Positions 26,458 through 41,900 of a stretch of 64,000 bases of DNA are shown piece by piece. Made by a program: the position numbers and the translations under genes. Where the stretch lies: NCBI GenBank assembly GCA_905331295.1, contig CAJNYD010000322.1:124001-188000 (forward strand), in the 5' to 3' direction. The notes below the pieces were generated by a model. That model did not search any database. It was not told the DNA's origin and saw only the letters and a list, made by a program, of their open reading frames with translations. This DNA comes from Rotaria socialis. Lineage: Eukaryota. Each line of letters begins with the position of its first letter. The first letter of the stretch is position 1.

Positions 26458-27550
26458 TATCATTGTTTTAACCAAAGCCAACCATAATCTAACCGACTGT
26501 AAATTTTCTCAACATCCTTAATCTCGTGCAAAATCATTTTTCTCCTATCGCGAATATATGTATGTTCATTTTGATTACATATGAACCCATTTTTCTTCTA
26601 AAATAAAAACAATATTTCATTTATCGAGAGCATTTTTCCCATTGAGCTCTTCATTTTTCCGTTGCAAACTCATTTTTACAGTGGTGTGACGTGATCGGGG
26701 GAACACTATATTTTCGTTACTGTTTATTTGTTTCGTTTGTTTATCATAAGTTTAGTTTTTAAGCATTTTTGACCTGAACGTCACTTTTCCGCTTAAAGCG
26801 AGCATTTATGTCACCGATCAGATATTTGCCGAATCCTCGTTTACCTAGTTTTAATAATAGATTCAAGCTCGTTCAAAGTTTTTGACTAGAACAGTAGAAA
26901 ATAGGTTTGTTTTTGAGTTTAAAACTGCAATCATTAGATAAATTGATACCTGTTAAATTATGAATTCTATTTGAAATTTGACAAATAATGAATTCTCAGT
27001 TGTAGTGCATATTTTTCTTCACGAGTAAAATATGTAATGCAATTCATCTTGTGAATCTTTACAAAGTCAAATTAAGTTACCACTATTATAACGATGAGTA
27101 TAAACCTCAGCAAGACTATCAAATATTGCTTTCAGCTAAAATAACAGTTCAATTATGAAAGAGCATCGAATCGCTATGACTTCAATTGATAAAATAACAT
27201 TTGGTACATGTAGAAATAATCATGAATTCGAATTTCGAACTCTGTATCATTAGAGCAAAATCAACAGCACAAAAAAAAAGAATTAGATAAACATTTCTTT
27301 CGCAGTATATTGAAGAGTAAGTTTCTGTGAGACAGACAATAGAGTGATATTTCAGAGTCTGCTGATTTCGTTTATATATGCAATAAATAAATACAGGTTA
27401 GAATTAGATGTCGCCAATAAACCATGAGTGATTGGCCGTCCATATGATACCTACATACTCCATTTGAGCCTCTCCAGTATAACTAAAAGTGCACATAGAC
27501 AAAAAAACGATTGTAGTTTTGAAAATCTAATACATTGATATTAGTTCTAG

Positions 27551-30500
27551 ATGACAAAGAAACAAAAAACATCAAAACAAAATGAAAAGGATCAACATCC
27601 ATTTCGTTTTCAAAATCTTCATGAACGTTTGAATAATATAAATATTAATGTTGTTCATCGCATTCGTTATCATGATACAAATGATCATCAAGATACGAAT
27701 GATTTAATTCGTACAAGTTATTTTCATCAATCACTTCAACATTGGTCAACATTGAATTTTAGTGAAGCATATTCCACTGTTCATGAAAAGCTTCTTCCAT
27801 TAGCAAGATCACTGGAACAAGTCGTTTACAATCGTGAACAAATCTTATCTATACTTCGACAAACATTGAATGAACGAAATCCATTAGTAGTTGAATCATT
27901 ATTGGATTTAATTGTTCAACTAGCACGTGACTTACAAGGTGATTTCTATGCCTATTACAAACAATTTCTATTTATTGATATAATTAACTTACTCATAAAT
28001 TCCAAAAAACAACAACAAAATGAAATAAATACACAATTACTTGAGCAAGTTTTTCAATGTTTAACATATCTTTTCAAATATTTATGGCGTATTATGTTAA
28101 AAGATTTAGCAAGTTTATATGAACTATATTCAAAATTTTTGTTCTCATCATCATTCATCAATACATTAACAACGAATTATGAATATATTCGTTCGTTTGC
28201 AGCTGAATCATTTGCATATCTCTTACGTAAAATAGAAAATTATCAATCGTTTATTGATTATTTATTTGATAGAAAAGAACGTGATGATAATGAAATAGAA
28301 AGTCTTGCATTAGTCTTTAGTGAAACATGTCAAAATGTTCAATCGACATTTCATTCATGTACAAAAACTCTATTAACATGCCTTTTGAGAAAATGTGTTG
28401 ATAAACCAACAATTATTCAATCTTGTATTAAAACAATTTATTCATTATTAGTTCAACATACAAATAAGGAACATGTTGGGATTCTTTGGAATTGTTTGAT
28501 GGATATTTATCGTACATTAGATCATTATCAAATAAAGGATTATCTTATATATGAAATATTCTATGGCATATTTCAAATATTAATTGATCATAAAATGATC
28601 ATTGATATAAATTTATGTTATGAATTTTTAACTATGATAAACGTTAATGAAAATGATGAATTTTTAAAAATGCATTATGAAACCGTTTTTAAATTAATGC
28701 AACATACAACAAATAATAAACAAATAATTGATATTTACTATCATTTTGTTGAGCAAACATCAGCATCATTACTTTATGAACAAACACGAAAAATATTTCA
28801 AAGTGATTTAAATGATAAATTAACCAATGATTTTCATTCATTACTATGGAATCATCTAGTAAGAAAAACGAATGGTCAACTAGAAATAATGGATTATTTT
28901 GTTGATTATATCATTATTGAAAGAAAAAGATTTGATATGATTCTATTGCCAAATGATAATAATCAAAATATTTTTGATAAAATCAAATTATTAAAAACGA
29001 AAAACAAATTGCTCATGAAAGAAAAGATAACAGCAAAAGGATTAGAATCAATACAAATGTTTATTCAAGATAGTTTATCGAAGATTGATGATGCACAAGT
29101 TCTGGTAAGAATTTACTTTTAGCTATTAATTGTATCATTTTTAACATGTATATGTAATAATTACCATAGACATGTATCAAATCTATATTCGGTACTGCTA
29201 CATAGAGTAGGAAACAAAAGGAGAATCATTAATCATTTAGATGATAATTTCATTTTCTATAGAATATAAATTCATCTAAATGATATCAATTCGAAAATGA
29301 AGTTTCTCTGTCAGATATACGAATAATTTCAATTGATTCTATCAAATTTGCGATTTCATTGTCAGATCTTCATAAAAGTTATTGTTTCCGTAAAATCTAA
29401 TCTAGAATTTCATAGTTTATTGGTTCTCTTTATCATTTAATCACTATATGACAGTAGAAACATCTAAAAGAAATGATGCCATTTGATATTGCATTGAAAA
29501 ATAGTCATAAAACAAATGCTAAAATATAATGGAGCTGTTCTATTAAAAATGTTAGATTTCCAATTTTTGAACAGAAAAATTCATTGTTGTGCTGTGTTAA
29601 GCGTCTTCTTAATTCAGGTTAATGTTTCACGCAAATTTTCAGTCAACACTAGTATTTATCCATGATGACAAACACTTTTTCTATGTAATTATTAAATTTT
29701 TTTTTCTGTTTTAGCTGAATGGACAACTTTGGCAAGCATTAATTCTTTTTAATTCATTACATGAAAAAGATTCAAATCAAATAATATTAACAAATACACA
29801 TTTAGAAAAAATTATTGCTCGAATTGTTAATGACTGTTTATCATCAACAACAATCGCATTAATTCTTTTAGAATTAATTGCTCATGATCAATCATTCCCT
29901 GCCACATTTTGGTATTCTATTCTTAAACTAGAAGCTCAATCAGAACTTTATCTACTCGGTGCGCGTATATCATTTCTAATAAATAGTCCAACAGAAGATC
30001 ATTCAGAGAAATTTATTGAATTATTAAAAACAAATTTATCATCATTTAATTCTAATATACGCTTAGTGTCACTTTATATACTTTCTTCATTTATATCCGA
30101 TAAAACTGATAAAAATAATGTAATATTAAATTGTCTTCAATGTGAACAATGTCCATTGAATGTTTATGAATATCGTTCAAAAATAATTTATTTACAAAAA
30201 CTATCAGTTGATTTTCTTTTATTAAATAATCAAACATCATCATTTCATTTATCAATGTATTATTTACTTGGTTTACTTAGTTCAAATTTTACTCCATTAT
30301 GGTCAGTATCAATTGAATTATTAGGTTCATATGGTAATAAAGGTATTGAACATATTGGTCATACTTATTTTTGGTCAATTATAAATGAAAAATTTCAATT
30401 GATAAATCAACGTGAAGAATTAAAATCAATTGATCAAATAAGTGATAAATTAATTAATGCGTATATTGAAAATAATAATAAGAAAGAATTCGAAATTAAT

Positions 30501-33500
30501 GAACAATCAATGGACTATATTCAATATCGTATAAATTTATTCAAAATTTTAACTTATTTTCCAAATGAATGTGAACAAAAAACAAAAATACTTTTCCCGA
30601 TAATATTTGACTTTTTTTCTAATGAATATTATGATCACTTATTATCATTAGGTCTATTTAGTCACTATAAAACATCATTTAGAATCAAAACAATTAAATT
30701 TAAACGATTATCAAGAAAATTATCCATAAAAACTTTAGAAACTATTTTAAGTTTATTGAAACAATTTCACCATTACAAACAATGGTTTGAACCATTACGT
30801 CTTTATAATTTTTATGTACGTTTATTACTTTCATCAGATTGTTCAATTCAGCAATTAGCTTTTAAATGTTTATTAACATGTTATCAAATACCTGAATCAA
30901 TAATTCAATCAGATTTTTTAACACATTCAGAAAGTATTCTTCCAATATTTAATCCAAGTACATGTAGAAAAACATTTCATGATTTAATTCAAGGTGTTTT
31001 ACTTGAACAAAATATATCTGATTCATTGAAAACTCAATATGCCTTTATATTAATACGTGTTATATATAGCAAATTGAATGATAAACGTTCATTAGGTTCA
31101 ACAACACGTGGTAGAAAAGATTATTTAGAATTGAATCGCAAATATCTATTTCAATTTTTAATAACATTTGCATCAAATAACTTATATGACAAACATTTTC
31201 ATTATTTTATACAATTATTATTAGAACCATTCTATGATGAATTATTTAATTCAGATGACAAACAATGGTTAAATTTATTTAATAATAAAATATTATTAAG
31301 TAACGATGAATTCGATTTGAATTCTTACGAAATATTTATCAAATATGTTCAACATTCATTATTATTATTGAAAACATTTATTTCTAAATTAGGTGTCTAT
31401 GTACGTGAACATATAGATTACGTTATCAAATTTTATATATTAACTATAAAATTTGTTGATCATTTAAATAATCAAAAATGTTCACAAGAAGATAATTTTC
31501 AAATAAAAAAAAATCGAATCTTATTAAAACGTATTCGATCAATGTCATATAAAGGTTTACAAACAATATTTGAATTATTTGATAGTGATCAAAATAGAAT
31601 ATTTAAAAAAGATTTAATTGATAATTTGTGGTTGTGTTGTGTTAGAGAAAATTATTTAGACGATGTATTGAAAAGAAAGAAACAACGTGAAGATATTGTA
31701 CATTTATTAAAATTAGCTACTATATGGAGTAGTACAACATACTTAAAAAATGCAATGCTTAATGATAGAAATGATGCAAACGATTTGATGAAATGTTTTA
31801 GTTTATTTTTAAATGAAAATATTACAAATGAAAATAAACAATTGATAATTGAATTTATTTGGAATATTATGCAAATTGATCGTATGTACTCGTTTTTTGT
31901 TTTCGTTCTTTCACAAAGCTTACATGAACCATAAGTTGAAATCATTTCTAACTTATCGAATATCGAGATTAACACTGTTAAAGATAATGATAGAAGTTCT
32001 TGATATTAAGAAGCAAGTATATATCGTTCAGTATCACAGTTTTAAAGGATTAAGTAGACATTGATCAAGAAATTTAAATTCTAAAGCGATTTTAATGAAA
32101 TAATATTCATGTCTTTAAAAATAACAGTTACTTGACGTTCTATGTTTTAATTTCGTAGATATGATGCTAAAAACTTTATTTTCCAAAAGAATGAATATAA
32201 ATATTTTTCTTTTTAGCTGACGATGCTTTGATTGTTCCATATAATGATAATTTACTTTCGTATTTAACTCGTGTATCGAAGTCAATGATTGAATCTAGTA
32301 GTACAATATCATTAACTCCAAAAGAATTTGATATTCTTTTGATTCTCAGTCGTAAAGAATCAAAGAGTGATAAAATTGAACAATTATGCTCAATATTTTT
32401 TCGTCTACTGCGTCAAAATGTATTATCAAAAAAGAAGAAGAAATTTTCAAATAAAACATCTGAACAAGATTTGAATATTTCGATTCTTAAAGTCTTACAA
32501 AATTTAATAATAAATATTCAAAATCCAATTGAAAAATACCTAAATTTATTGCCAATACTATGTTGTAAAATAATTCAACGTGATCAAAGAATTGAATTAA
32601 TTAAACTTTTTCAAATACTCATTAATCAATCAGAAAATATTGAAGCAAGGTAAATAAATAGACAAGAAGTTTTAATATTTTTTTAAATATTCTAATTTTA
32701 GTACGCATTGGTATTTAACACAGTTGATTGAAGTTAATGCTTGGAATGGTGATCAAGTTGATGAACCTGATTATGAACGTCGTTTAAATGGTTATAAACA
32801 AATAACAGATGAAATTTCATTATTGAAAGATGTTGATAAAGATAAAAATGAACATCTATGTTTATGTTTATTTTATCATTGTTTATATGAATTACATTAT
32901 TCAATCAATGATTTATCATTACGTGAATATGCATCACAATGTATTCATCTATTTCTCAAACAACTTCCATCATATCAATCATATCTTCTTACCGAAATTC
33001 GTTCGATTTTAAAACAATCACATATATCAATTCATATACGACACGAATTTATTCGTCTTCTAGCATTAATTATTGATATTAATAGTGATAATGAAGATTT
33101 GAATGATTTAAAGCGTTTACATAATTATAATGATATTGAACTTGATTTTTTTCATAATATAACTCATGTACAAAATCATCGACGTTTGAGAGCATTAAGA
33201 CGTTGTAAATTAATACACGATGAACAACCCTTTCGTTTAACAACAATGGCTAACTATCTTTTACCAATTGTTTGTTCATTTATTAATGATGTTATTAATG
33301 GAGATGCACAAGATATTCATGATGATATTGTTTTTGTATGTTTAACAGCATTGTGTCAGAAATTACCATGGTTAAAATATAATCAATTATTTATTTCATA
33401 TTTTCGTCAATTACAAACAACAAAACACACGTTAAGTTTAACACAAAAACGATGTTTAACTAAAACAGTATCAGCAATTATTGACGCATTTCATTTTCAA

Positions 33501-36500
33501 TTAAATACTGATGAGAAAATTCCTGAAAGTAATTATATGATTGTTTCTTTCTATTCGAATTTGAAGATAAAATTTCTTGTGTTTCATATAATAATGAGTT
33601 ACAAAAATTTAGTGACTATTATAATCGACAACTTTCCATAGAAAGACTGTTCAGAAGAACAAAATAGAGAATAAAAATACTTATATATTATTTCATTTTT
33701 CATATTACTTATCATCTATGAAATGATATCATAATAATTGATCACTAGATGTTTTAAAACGTTGACTAACGAATTGAGTTCTTCTTGAGAGATTCGATTG
33801 TATTGATAGGAATTTTTTGAAATACGAATTTACAAATTATTTTTCTAATAGATGAACGTATCAGTCGAACAATTCAACAACGTCTATTGCCAATGATTCT
33901 TGATCTATTAAGTCAAAATTCATTTTCTATTGATAGTCTTACAACAAATGGAATTTCAACAAAAAATGCTACAATTGATGATCAACGTCAACAAGCTGTT
34001 CTATTGACAATAACATGTTCATTAATAGCAACAAAATTAATTGTCATATTTCCAAATGATTTTATTGAACAACATATATCAACAATTCTTCTTCATCTAT
34101 TAACATTACTTCGTTCGCGTCTTTATTCTATACGTGATCAAGCACGTGATTGTCTTTGCAAATGTATTACCATACTTGGTAAACGTTATTTTAAATTTAT
34201 TATTGAAGAATTAATAGGTGGTTTAAAACGTGGTTATCAACATTTTGTTTTATTACATACAATTCATACAATACTTATACATGTATCATCATTACCAAAT
34301 GATTTCAAAATTGATCCAGCTGCTAAGGTTATAGCAAATTTATTTATTGAAGATTTATTGAATACAGAAAAAACTGAATCATCAAAAGCAAGTGAGCATG
34401 AAAATTCATCATATAAACCGTCGAATATTCCCGAAGCTAAAACAAATAAAACAGCTAATGTTATGGAATTACTTGGCCGTTTAATACAATCCAACGATGA
34501 ACTTTTGATATGTATGGAACCACTACGTCAGCAATTGTCATCAAATAGTGATTCGAGACAAATATCAAAATGTGAAAAATGTTTACAACGTTTTCAAACT
34601 GGTTTAATTAATAATAAATATTTATCAATTGAAACATTATTTATATTTGTTTATCATTTATTAACTAAAACAGATGAAATTAATTCAACCGAACAAATTA
34701 ATAGTGAAAATAAAAAAAAATTGAACTCAATAACTGAAGAACTCAATAAATATCATTTGATACCAGCTGAACCTAAACGTGGTCATGCTCGAGTTGCACA
34801 AGCTATTAAACATGTTAAGAAAACAAATCTTCATTGTTTAATTGCATGGACACTCAATTTACTTCATAAACTTATTAAAAAACATAAAAATGATGATGAG
34901 AAATTTCTCTCTATGGTTGATCCATTTGTTGGTCATATTGAAATATGTTTAAATTCACAATATACAGATGTTATTGTTGCTTCACTTAGAAATCTATCAT
35001 CATTATTAGAGTATTCATTACCATCATTAAATCAACAACGAATTATTAATATGTATAAAAAGGTAATTTATTTTTAAATCGTCATGCCACAGAAAGATTT
35101 AGAAAAAAAAAGATTTGATACTCATCACATGTATTGTAATTATTTTATTTTTAAGATTCATTTTTGTGAAAGCACCTATCGTTTAAAGTCAATATTCAGT
35201 ATATTTTGTTATTATTAAAATGATTGATATCCTACGGATTCTAGTGAAGCACTTTCATTCTTTATATTTGAATTAGAATTTTCTTGTTCATACAGGGTTG
35301 ATGAATTTAAATGCAATTAAAGCTATATTTTGATAAACCGATAGTTGACTATTTTCTCAAATATTTCCATCGTTCGATATTACAAGATTTCTTTCTAATT
35401 ATTAGAAAAAAAAGAAGAATTTTACATGTGTCTGCTGAATTTATTGTAATCTTTGCTACTTACTAATTTTCCATAGTCTATCGAATACTTCAGTTGAACT
35501 CGAAAAAATGAGTTCTATTATTTAACACCAAAATGAATACCGAGTTGATTGAATCACAATATGTCGCTCTCAAGAAAGTTTTTTTTTTAAATCTTAACTA
35601 GGGGTAGTTGTTCGGACGACATCAGATCATTTTTTTGCAATTCTATGAGTAATGCGTACTAAAATCTTATCAGACAATGAAAGTCTATGGAGTCAAAATC
35701 GACGGATTTTCCCAATGTGTTCTAGTGTCAGAGTCTACCGAGAACAATCTAGCTGGTTGTCATTCATAGTTCGTTTGTAAATATGAATTTGATGTTCTAT
35801 TTTCCATATGACAAAAAAAAGAAGTAATTTAATAAATCTGATATTTGTTTTAGGTATTCGATTTACTGAAGATGTATGCATCGGTAGCCGGCTCCACTGA
35901 TATGAATGATTTACTAACACTTTGTTATAAGATTCTTGGTACATTTGTTCAGCGATCAATCAATGATGATGTTTCTTTAACATCTGAAGAGTATCAATGC
36001 TTGTTTACTTATATTGAATCTGATTTACTTAATGTTCATCGTCAATCAAGTGCATTTCTTCTACTTCGTTCAATAATGCGTCATTCAGTACAAATAATCT
36101 CAAACGATAAAAATCTTCGTACACAGCTTGATAATCTTCTACGTTCACGTTTAATATTTATGTTAGTACAATCACCATACGATCATATTCGTACAACCTG
36201 TCGTGATTTATTTCATATATATTTATTTTCGTATGAGCATACAAAAGCAAAATTAAAATCATATTTTGATTTTTTTCTTCTTCAACTTGATTATGAAGAT
36301 TATAATGGTCGTTTATCTGTTTTAACTTTTCTGAATAGTCTATTTAATGATTTAACAAAACAACGTTTAAATGATTATGCAGCTTATTTTTTTCTTCCAT
36401 TATCATGTCATTATTATAATGAAACAAATAATGAATGTAAAAAGTACTTTCAATTAAATTTACATTTACTATTAGAAAAAATTGATGAACAACATCGAAA

Positions 36501-38783
36501 TGATATTTTGAAAAATATTGTTTTGATTTGGATTAATGATAGAATTGAGCATCGTTGTTTAGCACTGCAATTATTTATTTTATTCATTGAAATTGAACAT
36601 GAACAATTCGATCAACATTTATCTGATATATTCGATTTTATTGAGAAAGAATTAAATGACATGCAAAACAATAACGATGACAATGGCGATGACAATGAAC
36701 AACAAAAATTTAATGATCAATATTTTTATCATTTAATCAATGTTTTAGTTAATGTCATTAAACATTGCCCTAATTCGTTAGAAATTTTACAATTAAGATC
36801 GAAATGGTTAAACATATTAAAATTAATCGATGAAAAATGTTTACTTCATCCTCATATATGGGTACGATTTTTATCGGCACAATTTTTTGGTCTTCTATTT
36901 GCACGAAATAAACCCGAAGATATTGTTTCACGGATGAATAAATATTTAACAGCAGAACATGATAGGTAAAGGAATTTGAAATTATAAGAAAAAAATTATT
37001 TATCTTGAAATATCTTGTTTTGTTTTTTCACATGAAAAATATTAAATATTACAGTGGAATCGAGGATATCTGAGTAGAGAATATAAATTTAAAAACAAAA
37101 AAAGACACTATTTGAAATTAGGCCATTAAAACGAATTCGTCAGGAATTTCACGTAAACATTGATTTTTCTACTAACAGAAAACGTTGCCGTTTTTAGGTA
37201 AGTAGAAAATCAAATGTCCATTTAATATATTGGGCAAAAAAAGTAATAGAATATCAACGAGAGAATATCTATTGAAATATTTTAACTGTATGGAATATAG
37301 TAAAAATTATAATTATGCGAAATGACAACAAAAAAAAGCAAATTTTTTAGCATTCAAATAGCAGCTATTGACAATCAGAAGCTTTTGTTTAGAATCAAAC
37401 TTGCTCGTTCTTTAGAAATAGGTACTTAGAATTGTTTTTGAAAATAAAATATGTGAAATATCTGTAAGCTTGTTTCTAATATTTGCACTCATGTTTATAA
37501 ATGAGATTATATTATTCGATGTCGTATGGTTTGTTTAGAAAACCATGTTAGATCTAGAAAACGTGTTGTTTACTTTTCTACTTTATCTTAAATTATTGGT
37601 TTTTAAAGGTTTCTAGTTATTTTTCGAAGTGGATTTTAAAAACAGTTAATTATATTTCAATACTAAATTCTATGCAAACAACTAGCTCGACAGGTATATT
37701 TTACAAAATTTACTGATAGAGATACCTGCAATATTAACTCAGAAATAAAATTTGAAAAGAAATTCAGAAAGAAACGTTCGATTTTACCTGTTAACTTCTT
37801 GTTCTAAGTATTTGCCATCGTATCAGTTTTATAAGATCTATTTTTTAGTCATAAATAAACGTTTTGATGAAAATCTCATCTAATTAATAATCAAATTAAA
37901 AAACTATAATCAATAAAAAAGTTTATCATAGCGTTAAGCAAACAACACATTCTAATTTCATCATTTTTTATATTTAACGATTATCTAGTTCGTTTAATTT
38001 TTATTTAGTTCGGATTCTATTGCAACAAACGAAAATGGTTCTATTCGTAAACGTATGAAAAAATCGAGCCAATTAAATCTTGATCAAGAACCATTATTAG
38101 TTCACTATGTAACAACATTTGATTCATCAGTTTCACCTTACGTTAAAATTCAACGTTTATGTTGTTGTTCATGTTCACAACTGAAACCATCAGATTTAAC
38201 CGAAGCATTTTGTTTGGAAATCACCAAGAATCTTATTTATTTATCAAAACTTCTTGTTTTATCTGATCCAAATCGTTTAGATTTAATTGTTAAACGTTGT
38301 TGTCGTTTAACGACATTTGAATCAACCAAACATCCCAATGAAATAGCACGTCGTTCATCAGTTTTGAAATGGATGGCTGCACTTATACTTGATTTATCGT
38401 CATCTTTAACAGCATATTTAACATCATTTTTAACTGTTATTGAACGTGAAATTGAACGTGATGAAACAACAATAAATTTACCATTAAAAACACTCGCACT
38501 AGATGTATTTGATGTATTTAAACGTCATTGTGATATACATGTAATCACAAGTATTTACGCTGATATAGCTAAACAACGACGTGCAAAACGTTTAGAACGT
38601 AAACAAAAATTAGCTGTTTTAGCTATTAATCAACCTGAAATAATTTACCGTAAAAAACGTGCTAAACAAACCAAACGTTTGGGTTTAGGAAAAAAGAAAC
38701 GAATGAAAGCAATTGAAAATGCAAAAAAAAGTCGAAGAAAAAAACAAACAAATAAAACGAGCGAAGATATGGATGAGTTTTAG
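27551..38783 (+). CDS. UTP20: U3 snoRNA-associated protein 20 (SSU processome HEAT-repeat protein), about 7 exons, roughly 2700 aa
   Basis: N-terminus FRFQNLHERLNNININVVHRI, LLDLIVQLARDLQGDFY, FAAESFAYLLRK, DEPDYERRL, FFHNITHVQNHRRLRAL, RGYQHFVL, YIESDLLNVHRQSSAF, QLDYEDYNGRLSVL and a Lys/Arg-rich C-terminus. Large ORFs are linked by GT-AG introns. Confidence 0.92.
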
Positions 38784-38838
38784 TTAATTTTGTTTTTGTC
38801 TACGCAATAGCTCGTTGTTATTCCTTTTTGTTTAAGGA

Positions 38839-38857
38839 AATAAAATAAAAATTTATT
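38839..38857. terminator. Adjacent opposite-strand polyadenylation signals for UTP20 (+) and the PARP gene (-)
   Basis: aataaa twice at 38839-38849 on + and tttatt at 38852-38857 (AATAAA on -), between convergent stop codons. Confidence 0.5.
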
Positions 38858-38974
38858 ATTAAAAAAACTGGAAGTAGTTAACATCTTGATTGATGTACAT
38901 GAAAAATATCAAAAAATTGAAGAAAAAAAGGAAGATATTCGTTAACTAGAACAACACCGGTAAGTTCGTGAAAT

Positions 38975-41900
38975 TTATTGATAAACAATAAGATATGCTG
39001 CATAAGCTTGATCATCACGATATGTAACAAATATATGATCTCCATCAGTGGTTGAATCAAAACCGGCAGGCGGTGTTTTCATGTTAGTATTTCCTCGAAC
39101 ACAATCACCCACTAATACATATGCTACAAACATATATTTTTTAGCATCAGATGTAGTAACTTTCGTATATCCATTACTGTACTTAGCATTTGCTGAAAAA
39201 TAAGCTCCACGTCCATACGCGGTACCTTAAAATAAAAACATTTGTTTTACAAACCATTATTTAAGAATATTAATCAAACCATTGATGCCAGCGAATGATC
39301 GATTAAAAAATGAATTGATGATGAGTTGAGCTGATTCCTTTGGGCAACCATGAAATAGTTTTTTTTCTGTATTTTTCTTTGGAGAGAAACTTTTGTATGA
39401 ATTGTATTGCATGTACCATTGTTTATTTTGAATACGCTCAATACGATGCATTACAGTATAATTATTAGTCATGGTTGTATCAAATAAAGCACGGATTTCA
39501 TTATATTCAGTTGAATTTTCGTCTACTGGGAATTGTGCAATATTCTCTGTTTGCACTGCCCAATATGGTGGTAAATCAAAACCATGATTTCGAATAATTT
39601 TACGTTGAAGTTGAGCTTTTTCACATATTTCAATACTTTGTTCGAAATCAATGGTATACTTGACAGAATCATCATCGCTATATGAAAACTGAAAATAGAA
39701 TTGATTCCAATGAATTAAATATTTAAATGCATGAATGTCATAGAACTGATTATAGAAGAATTGAAAATTCCGTTGAAATCCAAGAGATTTCATACAGTTA
39801 AATAAAAACGTAAAAGTACTTTCGATGACTAAAATTAATAATTTTGAATTTCATATCAATTCAATAATTTTAAATAGTAATTTTTAACCCAATTAATTAT
39901 AATAATACTATGAACAATAAAAGGAAGTTCGTAAAAAAAAGAAATATTCTCAATATGTTTATGTTTTTCTGAATAAAAAAAAACTTTTAAACAGAACCAG
40001 AGGGTTCTCGCTACCAACTTTAAGAAACTTTTGTTCCACTGGTTTTTTTTCAAGGACGTTTCAGCATTTTATTAACATTTTTCAAATCATCGCATTGTAT
40101 ATATACAATGTATCCATAGTGTGAGCGGGATACATTATCCTTGTATTAAAAATAACCTACATATTCATTTTATCGTAATTTCCACGTTTTCTGCAAAACA
40201 TAGAATATTAAAATGAATAATCATTTGATAAACATCGATATATTCAAGAAGACTGAAATTGATTGGATGTTAAACCCTCAAGCTATTAATATTAGCAGAA
40301 TTAATTAAAAATATATGAATCGACGACAGTATTTGTATGAGGCAGATATGTATTGATTTATAAGATATTAAAAATAGTGAAAGAATTAATGAAGGAAATT
40401 TGTCGAACAAATATATTTCTGTCAAATCAGATCTTTTTTATTCGCAAATAGATCTTAGTAATAAGTAGTATGAAGTTATATTCATTGATAATTCATCCTA
40501 ATTTTCAATAAATTATGTATTTTTCATATAAACTTACAAGATTGTGTACTGGTGATAAGGGAATGATATAATCTGTTACATATATCAGATTAATACTTAC
40601 TGTCAATGATTTGGACGAATATGCATCTTCAATAAGAGCATTCAATTCAGATTTATATTTTATCCACGTATTATCATCTATTTGAAATGCCCATATTATA
40701 TCTCGAGCGATGGCAATTAAACGAGCTTGTTCACTTTGTTTAATATGTTCTCGATAATATTCATTTTCTGCGTCTCCAACTGCTGCTTTCAAACCAAATA
40801 ATTTACAAGAGCCTACAACAATATTTATATCAGGTACAACATTTCGATCAAAACAGTATTTATAGAATGCATTAATAGCAGGTTGGGTCCATCTTTTAAG
40901 CACCTGTTGATGTTTGGGTACACAAGTAAAAATTGATTTTTTTACGTACTCATTCAGGGCCTTCTTACATTCTTCTTGCTTTTCAATACTAGAGGACATG
41001 ATAGTAATTTTAAGTGCTAAATAAAATTAAAATAACATATTTCAATTGATTTCATGTTATATTTACTAGAAAAATTGTATGCAATTTGAAAATTCTTTGT
41101 TTCTAGGTCGCCTCGTTGAAGATTTTCAAGTTTCATTTGAAACGCTTCGAATACGTCATTTTGTTCAGGCAAAATTACAAAATTAATTTGTAATAAAACA
41201 TTGGCCGATAATAATTGTGCTTGAGCTTCAACTAACATCTCGTTGGCAACAATATTTTTATCAACACTTAATTTGCCACAACCAATCGATGGGAAAGCAA
41301 TTGATGTATGATGAACTTTAATTGCATGCTGAATAGCTTTACTAACAAAATTTCGAATCGATTGATAAAATGCATCTTGACTTGTTACATTTATTTCCCA
41401 TGGTAAAAACAGAAGTCTTCGACACGATAAATTTCCTGAGTTCGTTTCAAAAGGTTCTAGAGATGATCTCTTGCTAATTGTTTCATATTCTTGTTGCGCT
41501 GATTCTCCAGCTCGTCGAAGAATATCATCACGTAGATACATTGATGTCGAACAAATAACAACAAGATCAACCTAAATAAATATACAAACTGATAACTATG
41601 ATAGTTATTTGTTTAAATCATAGTTTTATAATACTTCTTGCTCAGCTAGATCATTTTTATGTATTTCAATGGCTGATGCTGTTAATTTATTTGAAATATG
41701 ATCTTGTACTAACGCTGTGGGTATGTCATAAATCTTATTTTTCGTTTCACTTTGTATTTCGATTTGACATTTGTATTGACGACCGATAGTTTTCAGATTA
41801 TCACATTCGTTATGTGCTATTAAACCAAAATCTTCTTCTAGGATTTCAAAATCCATTGGTTTGCACAGTGAAGCTAATACGTATATTTTCTTTTCTATAA

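Larger units (their letters stand above)
25362..26819. mobile_element. Non-autonomous TIR element (about 56-bp TIRs) hosting two nested MITEs
   Basis: gatcggtgagataaatgctcatttcaagcggaaaagtgtcgttcaggtcaaaaatg at the left end matches the reverse complement of catttttgacctgaacgtcacttttccgcttaaagcgagcatttatgtcaccgatc at the right end. No clear TSD. Confidence 0.78.
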
